From Eledone cirrhosa (Eukaryota): a stretch of DNA of 64,000 bases. This document shows positions 39,996 through 51,620 of the stretch, piece after piece. Positions within the stretch are counted from its first letter, which is position 1; every line of letters starts with the position of its first letter. Below the pieces are notes generated by a model, which was given only the letters and a program-made list of their open reading frames with translations, was not told the origin of the DNA and ran no database searches. The stretch lies in contig OZ024740.1 in assembly GCA_964016885.1 (NCBI GenBank), positions 150,474,001 to 150,538,000 on the forward strand, given 5' to 3'. The translations under genes were made by a program, and so were the position numbers.

Positions 39996-41129
39996 GCGAG
40001 AACCTTCCTCAAGCTATATGGATAGCAGCCCCTTAGGATGGGAACTTCCCTCAAGCTATATGGATAGCAACCCCGTCACACCGAGCCCAAGGTACACCAA
40101 ACCCACCCTATACCCGTCTCTATCCCCTTCTCCTCCCGCCTCGATTAGCACATATAACACCACACCTACCTAGCAGCTAGAACCATACCTCACACCGCTG
40201 TGGTCTACCCTTCTCTCTCACTTCCTTAACCAGAACCCAGGTTAGCTGACACTAGAAATTTAGCAAGACAAAGTACGTCGGCGGAGTCCTACCCTGTGTG
40301 CAACCAGGCACCCCACGTTTCCGACCAACGGGCCCCAACACCCAATCCCAGCTTGTGATCCGAGTATCCGGAGGATATGCTGCCTCGAACCTGACCCCCT
40401 TCGCACGCAAGAGTCAGTGCTAAATACCGCAATTAAATAGGACAAGCCTATTACTGCTTACTTCTCTCCCCCACCCCATGCGGTGACTTTTGACTCTGAA
40501 TCCGCATGTGTGCATCCACATGTGGGCGTATATGTTATTGTGTGTATGCGTGCATGTATGCGTTCTGATGTGTGTGATTGTGTGGACGTGAATATGTGAA
40601 TGCACCCGGGCTTGTGTTTATACGTGTGTACCCGCAATGTACTTTATGCTGAAATAAGAATTGTAATTCTTTACACTTCTGTATATTGACTCACAGTTTT
40701 TCATTTTTATTTGTTTTAACACACACGCATATTTTGTTTGGCATCTCCCACTATAAGACGTAGTGGCAAGGAGAAGTTCTGTCAATCTACAGACATAAAT
40801 TCTTCCTCTCAAAACAGCAGCCGACCATGGTTGACGTGCTGGCTGACCTGCTAACACCACTGCCACTACCATTACCACCACGGTAAAGTAGGTCAGCTGG
40901 ACATGAACATACTGATAAAAGCACGTTACTGGCGCTTTATTTTATCTACCCTGTAAGGATGAAAGGCAAAGCTAACCTCGACGGGATTAAAAGGAAGAAA
41001 AGAAAAATTGCATTATAAAAAAGGAGGAATAGGGAAATGAGGCCACATTTTAAATCTTTGTCTGAGTGGGATATCTCAGCAGACAGTATGTTCAAAACAT
41101 TCTTACGGAAAACAACCTGTTTCATCATT

Positions 41130-41320
41130 TCTCCTGTTTGAGTGGTCTAGTCTCGTGTGGGATGCATTCCTCTCTTTTTGTCGGAGGAAAATACCAACCC
41201 AGAGCCCGAAGACACCGGAGATCTTGACGGCAACCGGCACGAAAATGAAGCGGTCGGTTAAATCCCGGTAGTTTGTTATTTTCCATCCTCTGTGTTACGG
41301 GCAATGATGATTGTATACAG
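41130..41320 (-). pseudogene. Second CRE-like endonuclease fragment
   Basis: Minus strand reads YRDLTDRFIFVPVAVKISGVFG, parallel to KYRDSTDRSLFTPVVV at 35150-35200. Confidence 0.65.
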
Positions 41321-41879
41321 CTGTTTGCTAATAAATCATTGATAGCGGGTTGAAGTAAAACTAAATAAATGTATAAGCATTTATTTTCCGTTATTCTGTC
41401 TTAATCCACAATCTAGCGATTAAAAATCAGAGCATTTTCCCTCACCATAAACGTTTTGTATAAAACAGTTTCTCTCATTTTCTCCCATTTAAACCCTCCA
41501 TTATTTTGTGGGAAATTATCTCTACCCATTCCCTTTGTAAATGCTTCTGCCTTTTGACGCGTCACTGGTCCATTTGCTGCAGCATTCTTCCCACCTATAT
41601 TGCCAACGTTTAATATATGTTTTAATTAGTAGGTGTTAGTTTTTCAATGCCAGACGAAGTTTTGTCTCTAACCTTAACCTCCGACAGATTAGTCAGTGCT
41701 TGCTACTTTATCCTAGAGGCCGAGCTGGACCTGCAACGTTTATAGGCTTTGGGTGGTCTCAGGTTTCTGATAATTAGATGGTGATCAGTTGACTGATCAG
41801 ATGTTCTCTTAACATGAATATCCAGCAGAGATTAGAAAAGATAGTTGACAATGACCAAATCAATAATTGATCTCTGTTC

Positions 41880-42470
41880 CAAATTCCATTTATATTAATT
41901 CCCCTTATGAATGTCTTTGTGCTGGAATAAGGTTTTCGTAATAAAGAGTCCATTACTAGAACAGAAGTTTAATAAGACGTCTCCTTTCGTATTTAGATCG
42001 GTATTACCGTTCCACCCAATCACTCCTTTCAATGTCAGATAGTCAGTGCCAACATGAGCATTGATGTCTCCAATTAGGATACTACATCTAATGCGGTAGT
42101 GAGTCCATCAAGAAAAAGATCTGTTATCATCACTCTAATTGGCGCATAAACCTGCACTGCTCATAGAAACATTTCTTTCGGCCTAAGCTTCAAGAGGCAA
42201 ATCCTCCCTCCCGGTGGGATTCAGTTCGTAACACAATTTGACAGCCGAGGATTGTAAATTTCCCCACTCCCATCTGTGTAATCATTTATGGAGTCACACA
42301 TGAAGAGTGAAGTTTTCATCCTCCATCAAAATCTACAATATCAGAACCATAGAATTTTGTTGTGAAAACATTGACTATATCTAGTCGGTAGCAACATGAC
42401 TCTTCCACTAGTTCCTGCTTCTTACCTCTAAAGGTTGTAATGCTCCAGTTACAAATTGTCATGATTTGCT
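41880..42470 (-). pseudogene. RTE-type LINE apurinic endonuclease fragment
   Basis: MTICNWSITT..GKKQELVEE...YRLDIV, VYAP, LGDINAHVG.D...KGVIG.NG..DLN..G..LLNFC..NGL.ITKTLFQHKDIHK. Confidence 0.8.
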
Positions 42471-43472
42471 CCCCTCCGGACCCCTCTGGGGTCTTGGGAT
42501 ACGTAACAATTGTGATTTCATCCCATGCCTCACAGGACAAGTCACGGGCCCATTACCTGTTTTTGCAGCATTGGGTGGATAATTTAATATAGTTTTCGAA
42601 TAGACCCTTCTACATACGGCACATGCGCTGTTTAACCATATTGTGGAGCCCGCTTATAATCGCAGCTAATCTTCATATCTAGTGACCGTATCGGCATCCA
42701 ACGCCTGTTATCCGTTCTCCAGCAGAACAGCTCTGCCGAGAAGGTAACATTTCTTTTTCCTAATTTTGTTTTATTTTCAAAACTCAGAAATTTATTAGGA
42801 TTTGGAGAATTTATAGCTGCTTCCAATTAAAGAAAATTACATGTAAGTTTACGAATATAAAAAGAGTTTTTTTAAATATGAATAATGGTTGAAATTTAAT
42901 TTGTAATTGCTTTTTCATCTTTAATAAACTGAAACAGAGGCCTTTTTAAAATTTTCCAGAAGTGAAACAGTACAATAATAATTGTTTCTACTTTAGACAC
43001 AAGGCCAGCAATTACCCAGTACAATAATAATGAATACACATTATAGTCTTCTAATATAATACAGCTATAACGCGATGTTAAAAGATTAAAAAAAAATGTT
43101 GCTTTGCAGATTCTGTAGTTTAAATCACCAATATTTGGAAAACAGAATCGGTTTTAAAAAAAATTCATTTCCAACAATTAAGTGTTACAGCATTTTGATT
43201 TTTTTTGACAGAATACCTTAGAATATTAAAAATTATTTTATTAAATTGTTTCGTTTTAAATACAAATTTTAGTCCAGTAAAAGAAAACTAAAACAAAAGC
43301 TAAGATGATAGTAAAAATATTTAAAAGATAGCATATGTACAAATAATATTTTGGTGAACTTACAAAATATTGAAAAATTTGAAATTAGAAAATATAGTTG
43401 CCACAAAAAACATAACTGATAGTTGAATATGTCGGATAGATTATCTCTGGAGAAGGTAAAAGTGAACAGAAA

Positions 43473-43514
<42 letters not shown>

Positions 43515-43521
43515 CTCTATC
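43473..43521. repeat. (TATC)n tract 5' of the Tx1 array; further tracts at 49368-49461, 55302-55371, 60447-60466
   Basis: Direct. Confidence 0.95.
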
Positions 43522-43739
43522 AGTCGTATGTCACTTCGCGGAGAAGTTTCCGTTAATTTATGTAAGGAAAAAACGTGAGTTTTTAGTTCAATTTTATATC
43601 ATTGTGTAACTTGACCACCCGTCTGGACCTTCAGGTGGTGGGTCAACTCATTTTCGCCCCTTCAGGGGCGGAATATCCATTTAAAAAATTTTTCTCCATC
43701 GAATCTTGGAAAAAAATATTGTAAAATTTTGATTACGTT

Positions 43740-45653
43740 ATGAACGCTGCGTCCAACGATAATGGTGGTGGAGAGGCGGTAAGACTACAAAGCTCGCAGT
43801 CAACAACGTCTTCTTCACTAGATACTATAGAGATGGAAAGACAAAATGAAAATAAAAAAAACGAATTCACATCCAAACAACACAAATGACACCAAACAGC
43901 TCAATGACAACAAAAATAACAGCAAAACCAATAATGATGATAAAAGCAACAATGATAACAACAACAAAGAAAAAAATAAAGACAACGCCAATAACACCAG
44001 CATCAAAGACAACAACAACACCAAGGAAAATACGGATGATACCAACATCGGTGACAACAAGAATAACAACAAGAATAACAACAATAATGACAACACCACC
44101 AATACGGATTCCACAAAGAAACCAAAAATCTCCTTTGCGGAGAAAGTTCAAAAGAAAGAACAATTGATATATCTCGACATAACAAATGCTGAACACCTTT
44201 TAAAGGACGCTAAGAGATATGTCATCTTCGAAAAAAATGGTGCTTTCAGCATCAATTCTCCGGTAGAAATTCGCAAGGAAACTGCTCTCAAAACGATAGT
44301 TTTTAGGACAGTTTCCAATTCTACCCGAAAACCAGTCCAATTGTCACAGAAAGATATTGAACTGGTTTTCAAAGATTCAATGAATGATATTGCATTCATT
44401 CAAAGAAGCAAACTTTTTTGGAGTATTTCGGTACTGATGAAGGATCAATTGACGGCCCAAAATTACTCTGTGTCGCCAATTGTATCCAACCTGTACACCT
44501 TTTTCCCTACATACATGGGAAAAAGGACACAAAAGATCAGAATCACAAGTGTCACACCAAAGGTGAACATATGGTGGATACTGTGCGGCTTCATCAATTT
44601 TGATGAAGACAGAATACTGTCAGTAGGCAAGTCCCCCAGAGATGTATTCAATGGGACTAGCATTGAAGTTCTGGTGCAAATGAGCCCAGAGCGAATAGCT
44701 ATGATCCCACAGCGTGTACTCCTGGACGGACTTACCTACATAAACCTTTCGGTTGAGGGTAGGCGGCCTTCATGTTACCATTGCTTTAGCAGGGGTCACC
44801 TGAGGGCTTCCTGTCCTAAACTAATGAACCAAAAAAAGGCTCTTCTGCCGACACCCATCAAAACAACACAACCACCAACACCACCACAACAACAACACCA
44901 ACACACAAAAATAACCACAACAAACACAGTCCCACCCAACCCCACTCCACCTAAAACCACTGCAAAATCACATACAGACACAACAGCTCCCCAAGACATA
45001 CCCCTCCCCAATCACACAGACGATACAACAGATGAGGCTATCTCGCCATCACCCAGTGAAGACGAGGGAGAACCCCATCGCTCGAAAAGAAAGAAAAGAC
45101 ATCACAAAAGCAAAAAACCAGCAAACACTACCACAAACATACAACCACCAACACAAACAACAAAAATATCACAAACAAAACCCCCACCTCCTGAAAACAA
45201 AATACCTACAACAAAACGAAAGCACACACAAGAACTACAGACAAAAACAAACACAACACAAGAAAATTACACTTACACTTACATAAACACTGAAAACAAA
45301 ACACTAATGGAGACCATCACGAACGACCCTTCGGTTTTCACCGAAGGGAAAACTTTCGCCCACTCTATAAAAAATAGCAAAAAACTGAAACTAAAACTGA
45401 TTAGGGTGCCTATACAAACTTATAGGTCCCTAAAAGAAACATTTGAGAAGGATGTGGGGAATTCCTGCGTGAAACCACTCAACCGCGTCCTTCTCAAATG
45501 CCTCCCCACCCCAGACACCCCCATTCCACCAGACCCCACCCGCCAAACATCTGCGTCCCCACCCCGCCGGAAACCGCCACCCATCCAGACAACCCCTCCA
45601 ACACCCCCATGGAAATCGTGCGGCCTGGTCCCCAGGAGGCGAAGTGTGAGTGA
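43740..45653 (+). pseudogene. Tx1 ORF1 (gag-like, CCHC knuckle), frameshifted near both ends
   Basis: CYHCFSRGHLRASC. By comparison with the intact copy 2, the true ATG is at 43740 and there are indels near 43855 and 45540. Confidence 0.85.
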
Positions 45654-45686
45654 TCTCTTTTCCTCTTTTAACTTTTCAGCACCAAT

Positions 45687-48600
45687 ATGGCCAATATAAG
45701 AGTTGGATGTGTGAACGTACGCGGCCTGGGGATGCCCTGTAAACAGGGCAAACTCTTAAACGACCTCAGGTCACACAGTTTGGATGTGGTAGCCATTTGC
45801 GAGTCCAGGATCCACGGCGAGCGACAGCTGGCCCCCATCTTCGATGACTTTGAGATCTACGCATCTCTCTGTCAACCGGGGGGTGGGGGCGGAGTTGCCG
45901 TTTTGCTGCGGAAACACCTGGGCCTCGTAACACAGACGGTACATCTGGACCCGGAGGGTCGACTGGTGCTCCTAGACGTTGACGGTAGTGAAGGTGGAGC
46001 CTTCAGGCTGGTGGCCGCATATGCCCCATCCGGGACACCGCGGCCAGACTTCTTCAAACGTCTAGAGACTTTTCTGGGAACGTCCCGCTCCTTGCTTTTA
46101 GTGGGGGACTGGAATGGAATCCTAGATGCACGTTGGGACTATGTGGGAGCATGTCCCGAAAAAGGGGGGTGTAACAGCCTCAAACAGTTAATCGACCGAT
46201 TTGACCTGGCCGATAGATATCGACTAGATTTTCCGACTGCGCCACTGTGGACGTGGAGTAATCGTAGCGGAACATCTAGATCGTACCTAGATAGGGTTCT
46301 AGTTAGAAATAAGGATAGGGACATGTTAAGCTGTCCACAAATGTTCATGGTTGCCTATTCAGATCACAAACTAGTGACCTGCATGGCCAACCTTGATAGA
46401 ACCCATAGACAAGGACCCGGCTACTGGAAGCTGAACTTGTCGTTACCGACAAGCAAAGCCTACAGTAGACGGATTAGCACTTTAGTTAAACAGCACTTGA
46501 CAGGGGCCATTGTCAACAACAGATGGTGGTACTCTCTCAAGAGGGCAGTTAGATTAGACTCGATAGTTTTTAGTAAAGAATTAGCGTTAGATAGAAATAG
46601 AACCGAGAAGGAACTGGTAGATAAAGTAGAAGAGGCAATTAGAAGTGGCAACGTAGCCAGCGTGCTAGCAACGAGAACGGCCTTGGACCAGTTCTTCGAC
46701 GCAAAGCACGAGGGCTGCGTTGTCAGAAGCAAAATACGTGCTCTGGGAAACGAGGGAGCCAAAGCTGTTAGCTGGGCCCGAGTGACGGAGGCAAAAAGTG
46801 GCAACAAGTCCACGATTCGGTCTTTGAAGGACCAAAACGGACGCGTGATACGTGAGCCGAAGCAGATGTGTGCGGCTTTTCAGCGGCACTTTGCTCGGCT
46901 GTTCGGGGGGAGCGGCGCGCCGGGAGAGGCTATGGATTTCGGTCCATACCTCGACGGCCTACCGCGACTCTCGGACAGTGAGGCGAAGTTCTGCGAAAAG
47001 CCGATTTCAGCCACTGAGATAGGGGACGCGCTGAGCCAATGCGGCAAACGCAAATCTCCAGGTCTCGACGGTCTACCCTACGAATTTTACGTAGCAATGC
47101 CGGACTTATTCTCCGGTCTCCTGGAAGCGGTCTACTGCAACTGGCAACAGAACGGGAGAATTTCCAGTTCTGTAACCGGGGGCGTGGTCACACTAATCAG
47201 GAAGGACGAGAATAAGGGGGATGACATAGGCAACTTCCGGCCCATAACTCTGCTAAACACAGAGTTACAGATTTTGGCCAAGGTGTTGGCAAAGAGGCTG
47301 GCGCTTGTCGTCGAGAACCTGGTGGGAGAAGCGCAGACATGCGCGATCCCGACCAGGTCCATACACGACAACCTCCACCTCATGCGATACATCATAGAGA
47401 GGGTAGGGTGTAAACCCGGCTTCGGTGGGGCCCTGATCAACTTGGATCAGTCTAAGGCTTTCGATAGGGTTGACCATAGTTACCTGGATGCGGTGCTCGA
47501 GGCGGCAGGCTTCGGACCCGTGTTCAGGGGCTGGATTGCTGCAATGCACAACAGCAACATCTGCTCAAGGGTCAATGTGAACGGTTACCTCTCGGAGCCG
47601 TTCCATATTACGCGATCCATTCGACAGGGATGCCCTCTCTCCTCCCTTCTGTACGTACTGACTCTCGAGCCACTACTGCGGAAGCTGGAGCTATTGCAGG
47701 GCATCCCTCTGGAACCGGGACTGCGGAAAGCGGCGTCGGCCTACGCCGACGACGTGACAGTAATGGTGTCGAGCGCCTCGCAAATCGAGGAAGTCGGCAC
47801 CTTACTAAAGGAATACGAAAGTCTCACAGGAGCGAAGCTGAACCGGGACAAGTCCATCGGTTTGCAACTCGGATCGTGATCGTGGAGAGGCAGACCGATG
47901 CCTTCCGACGGCGTCGTCGGACGCTGGACGGAAGGACCGGTAAAGCTGCTCGGGGTCTGGTTTGGTCCGGACCTCCAGGTGGAGAAGAACTGGAACGAAG
48001 TGACGGCCAAGGTGTTTGCACTCACCCAGAAGTGGGCCGAGTGCAAACTATCCTTGAAAGGTCGAGCGGAGGTGGCGAACACTTTTATAGCGTCCGCCAT
48101 CTACTACCGCTTGAGCGTCGTGCCTTGTCCAGCCAAAACGCTCGCCAAAATGGAGCGCGCCCTCTTCCGATTCCTTCGGAAGAGGCGGGCTCCTTTGGTA
48201 AGAAGATCCATCTGCTGCCAACACCCTTCTAACGGAGGGCTGGGGATGCCGTGGTTGACGATGCGCAAACACGCGCTCAGGCTGCGGAATCTCTACGTAT
48301 TCCTCACCGGACAACCGGTGTGGGCCCCGTTCGTGAGGCGAGCCTTCCCACGACTCGTCTCGCTGACCGAGCTGCAGTCCTGGGTCAAGCAGAGACCGAG
48401 GAAAATGGGCGACTGGCACATCAAATGTGCTCAGGCGCTCACAGCCCTCTGGCAGGCGGACCCGGCGATCAGTGGAGACTCCACTTCGTCATTCTATAGA
48501 GGGTTGGTCCGCAGCAAGTGCGACGACGCGCTCGGTGAAACTCTAGGCGTGGAGGAAGATGAACTGGCCAGTCTGTTCGGTAGGACCTTCCGCCCGGGAC

Positions 48601-49130
48601 CGATGGACAACTTCCAAAAGTCCCTGGCCTGGCAGTGCTACCGAGCAGCTCTACCAGTTCGAGACAAGCTCTACAGACATGGGCGCCCGGGCAGGGACCC
48701 TGCAAAAAAGATCTGTCCGAGGTGCGTGCGAGACGAAGAAACCGTCGCGCACGCATTCATACACTGCCCGGGCGTCACTGACCTGTGGGGCTATGTGGAA
48801 CGACTATTGTCGCGGGTGGGACCAATCCAGTTGACCACCGAGTCCATTGTCATGATCAAACCGCCACCCTCCTTCAAAAACGAAGGAGAGGCGGTTTTCC
48901 TTTGTGTGATAGCTATGGCGAAAGAGGTTGTATGGTGGACAAGGTTGAAAGGGCTGAGGTCAGACACCTTTCTCTCCGGCCAACAACTGATTCTTTTTTT
49001 CAAATACCACTTTGGAAGAAGAATCAGGATGGAGAGAGAGGTGCTGTACCCCAGCAAGTTTTATGAAAGGTGGGTGAAAGTGGCGAGAATGGCCCGAGTG
49101 AATGGGCCTTCTCTCTATATCAGCCTGTAG
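45687..49130 (+). pseudogene. Tx1 ORF2 (APE endonuclease, RT, CCHC) with one in-frame TGA at 47877-47879
   Basis: NVRGL, GDWN, LDRVLV, SDH; KSPGLDGL, FRPITLLN, DQSKAFDRV, QGCPLS, YADD; CPRC..ETVAHAFIHC. ORFs 45687-47879 and 47898-49130 are in the same frame. Confidence 0.93.
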
Positions 49131-49366
49131 GTTGAGGAAAAGGAGGAGGAGAGGAAAGGAGTACAAGCTCTTCGTACTCCTGGAGATGAGGGTTGCACAT
49201 TTTTTTCGGGGGTCTGTGTTACCCATATAAACTGTCTCCCTCTATTGGGGAAAATCGACTAACTTTTAAATTCCATCTGTGATAACATTTTACACGTTTT
49301 TATTGTATGTAAACTTCGCCCTTTGTATTTGTCCCCTTCTTTTGTGCCCCTGTGGCTAATAAAGAA

Positions 49367-49461
<95 letters not shown>

Positions 49462-49676
49462 AGACGTGTGTAACTTCGCGGAGAAGTTTCCGTTAATTTA
49501 TGTAAGAAAACACGTGAGTTTTTAGTTAAATTTTATATCATTGTGTAACTTGACTCCCCGTCTGAACCTTCAGGTGGTGGGTCAACTCATTTTCGCCCCT
49601 ACAGGGGCGGAATATCCATTGAAAATTTTTTCCCCATCGAATCTTGGAAAAAATATTGTAAAATTTTGATTACGTT

Positions 49677-51587
49677 ATGAACGCTGCGTCCAACGATAAT
49701 GGTGGTGGAGAGGCGGTAAGACTACCAAGCACGCAGTCAACAACGTCTTCTTCACTAGATACTATAGAGATGGAAAGACGAAATGAAAATGTAAAAACGA
49801 ATTCATATTCAAACAACACAAATGACACCAAACAATTCAATGACAACAAAAATAACAGCAACACCAATAATGATGATAAAAGCAACAATGATAACAACAA
49901 CAAAGAAAAAAATAAAGACAACACCAATAACACCAGCATCAAAGACAACAACAACACCAAGGAAAATACGGATAATACCAACATCGGTGACAACAAGAAT
50001 AACAACAAGAATAACAACAATAATGACAACACCACCAATACGGATTCCACAAAGAAACCAAAAATCTCCTTTGCAGAGAAAGTTAAAAAAAAGGAAGAAT
50101 TGATATATCTCGACATAACAAATGCTGAACAACTTTTAAAGGACGCTAGGAGATATGTCAGTTTCGAAAAAAATGGTGCTTTCAGCATCAATTCTCCGGT
50201 AGAAATTCGCAAGGAAGCTGCTCTCAAAACGATAGTTTTTAGGACAGTTTCCAATTCTACCCGAAAACCAGTCCAACTGTCACAGAAAGAAATTGAACTG
50301 GTTTTCAAAAATTCAATGAATGATATTGCATTCATTCAAAGAAGCAAACTTTTTGGGAGTATTTCGGTACTGATGAAGGATCAATTGACGGCCCAAAATT
50401 ACTCTGTGTCGCCAATTGTATCCAACCTGTACACCTTTTTCCCTACATACTTGGGAAAAAGGACACAAAAGATCAGAATCACGAGTGTCACACCAAAGGT
50501 GAACATATGGTGGATACTGTGCGGCTTCATCAATTTTGATGAAGACAGAATACTGTCAGTAGGCAAGTCCCCCAAAGATGTATTCAATGGGACTAGCATT
50601 GAAGTTCTGGTGCAAATGAGCCCAGAGCGAATAGCTATGATGCCACAGCGTGTACTCCTGGACGGACTCACCTACATAAACTTTTCGGTTGAGGGTAGGC
50701 GGCCTTCATGTTACCATTGCTTTAGCAGGGGTCACCTGAGGGCTTCCTGTCCTAAATTAATGAAACAAAAAAAGGCTCTTCTGCCGACACCCATCAAAAC
50801 AACACAACCACCAACACCACCACAACAACAACAACACCAACACACAAAAATAACCACAACAAACACAGTCCCACCCAACCCCACTCCACCTAAAACCACT
50901 GCAAACTCACATACAGACACAACAGCTCCCCAAGACATACCCCTCCCCAATCACACAGACGATACAACAGATGAGGCTATCTCGCCATCACCCAGTGAAG
51001 ACGAGGGAGAACCCCATCGCTCGAAAAGAAAGAAAAGACATCACAAAAGCAAAAAACCAGCAAACACTACCACAAACATACAACCACCAACACAAACAAC
51101 AAAAACATCACAAACAAAACCCCCACCTCCTGAAAACAAAATACCTACAACAAAACGAAAGCACACACAAGAACTACAGACAAAAACAAACACAACACAA
51201 GAAAATTACACTTACATAAACACTGAAAACAAAACACTAATGGAGACCATCACGAACAACTCTTCGGTGAAAACCGAAGGGAAGACTTTCGCCCACTCTA
51301 TTAAAAATAGCAAAAAACTGAACCTAAAACTGATTAGGGTCCCTATACAAACTTATAGGTCCCTAAAAGAAACATTTGAGAAGGATGTGGGGAATTCCTG
51401 CGTGAAACCACTCAACCGCATCCTTCTCAAATGTCTCCCCACCCCAGACACCCCCATCCCACCAGACCCCACCCCACCAAACATCTCCGTCCCCACCCCG
51501 CCGGAAACCACCACCCATCCAGACAACCCCTCCAACACCCCCATGGAAATCGTGCGGCCTGGTCCCCAGGAGACGAAGGGTGAGTGA
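49677..51587 (+). CDS. Tx1 ORF1, intact (636 aa; Asn-rich N-terminus, CCHC knuckle, Pro/Thr-rich tail)
   Basis: Open frame with CYHCFSRGHLRASC. Confidence 0.88.
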   Translation: MNAASNDNGGGEAVRLPSTQSTTSSSLDTIEMERRNENVKTNSYSNNTNDTKQFNDNKNNSNTNNDDKSNNDNNNKEKNKDNTNNTSIKDNNNTKENTDNTNIGDNKNNNKNNNNNDNTTNTDSTKKPKISFAEKVKKKEELIYLDITNAEQLLKDARRYVSFEKNGAFSINSPVEIRKEAALKTIVFRTVSNSTRKPVQLSQKEIELVFKNSMNDIAFIQRSKLFGSISVLMKDQLTAQNYSVSPIVSNLYTFFPTYLGKRTQKIRITSVTPKVNIWWILCGFINFDEDRILSVGKSPKDVFNGTSIEVLVQMSPERIAMMPQRVLLDGLTYINFSVEGRRPSCYHCFSRGHLRASCPKLMKQKKALLPTPIKTTQPPTPPQQQQHQHTKITTTNTVPPNPTPPKTTANSHTDTTAPQDIPLPNHTDDTTDEAISPSPSEDEGEPHRSKRKKRHHKSKKPANTTTNIQPPTQTTKTSQTKPPPPENKIPTTKRKHTQELQTKTNTTQENYTYINTENKTLMETITNNSSVKTEGKTFAHSIKNSKKLNLKLIRVPIQTYRSLKETFEKDVGNSCVKPLNRILLKCLPTPDTPIPPDPTPPNISVPTPPETTTHPDNPSNTPMEIVRPGPQETKGE

Positions 51588-51620
51588 TCTCTTTTCCTCT
51601 TTTAACTTTTCAGCAGCAAC

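Larger units (their letters stand above)
43522..49367 (+). mobile_element. Tx1-clade (L1 group) LINE, copy 1, full length
   Basis: 5'UTR, ORF1, ORF2 and a 3'UTR ending AATAAAGAAA; (TATC)n on both sides. Confidence 0.93.

Noticed and set aside
47877-47879. Selenocysteine TGA in ORF2
   Set aside because: It arises from a local 6 bp duplication, is not at a Cys position, and no SECIS was recognised in the 3'UTR.
49670-50335. Hydrophobic antisense ORFs over Tx1 ORF1 and the 200 aa alternative-frame ORF at 47630
   Set aside because: Shadows of low-complexity AAC-rich or GC-rich coding sequence; repeated only because the element is duplicated.
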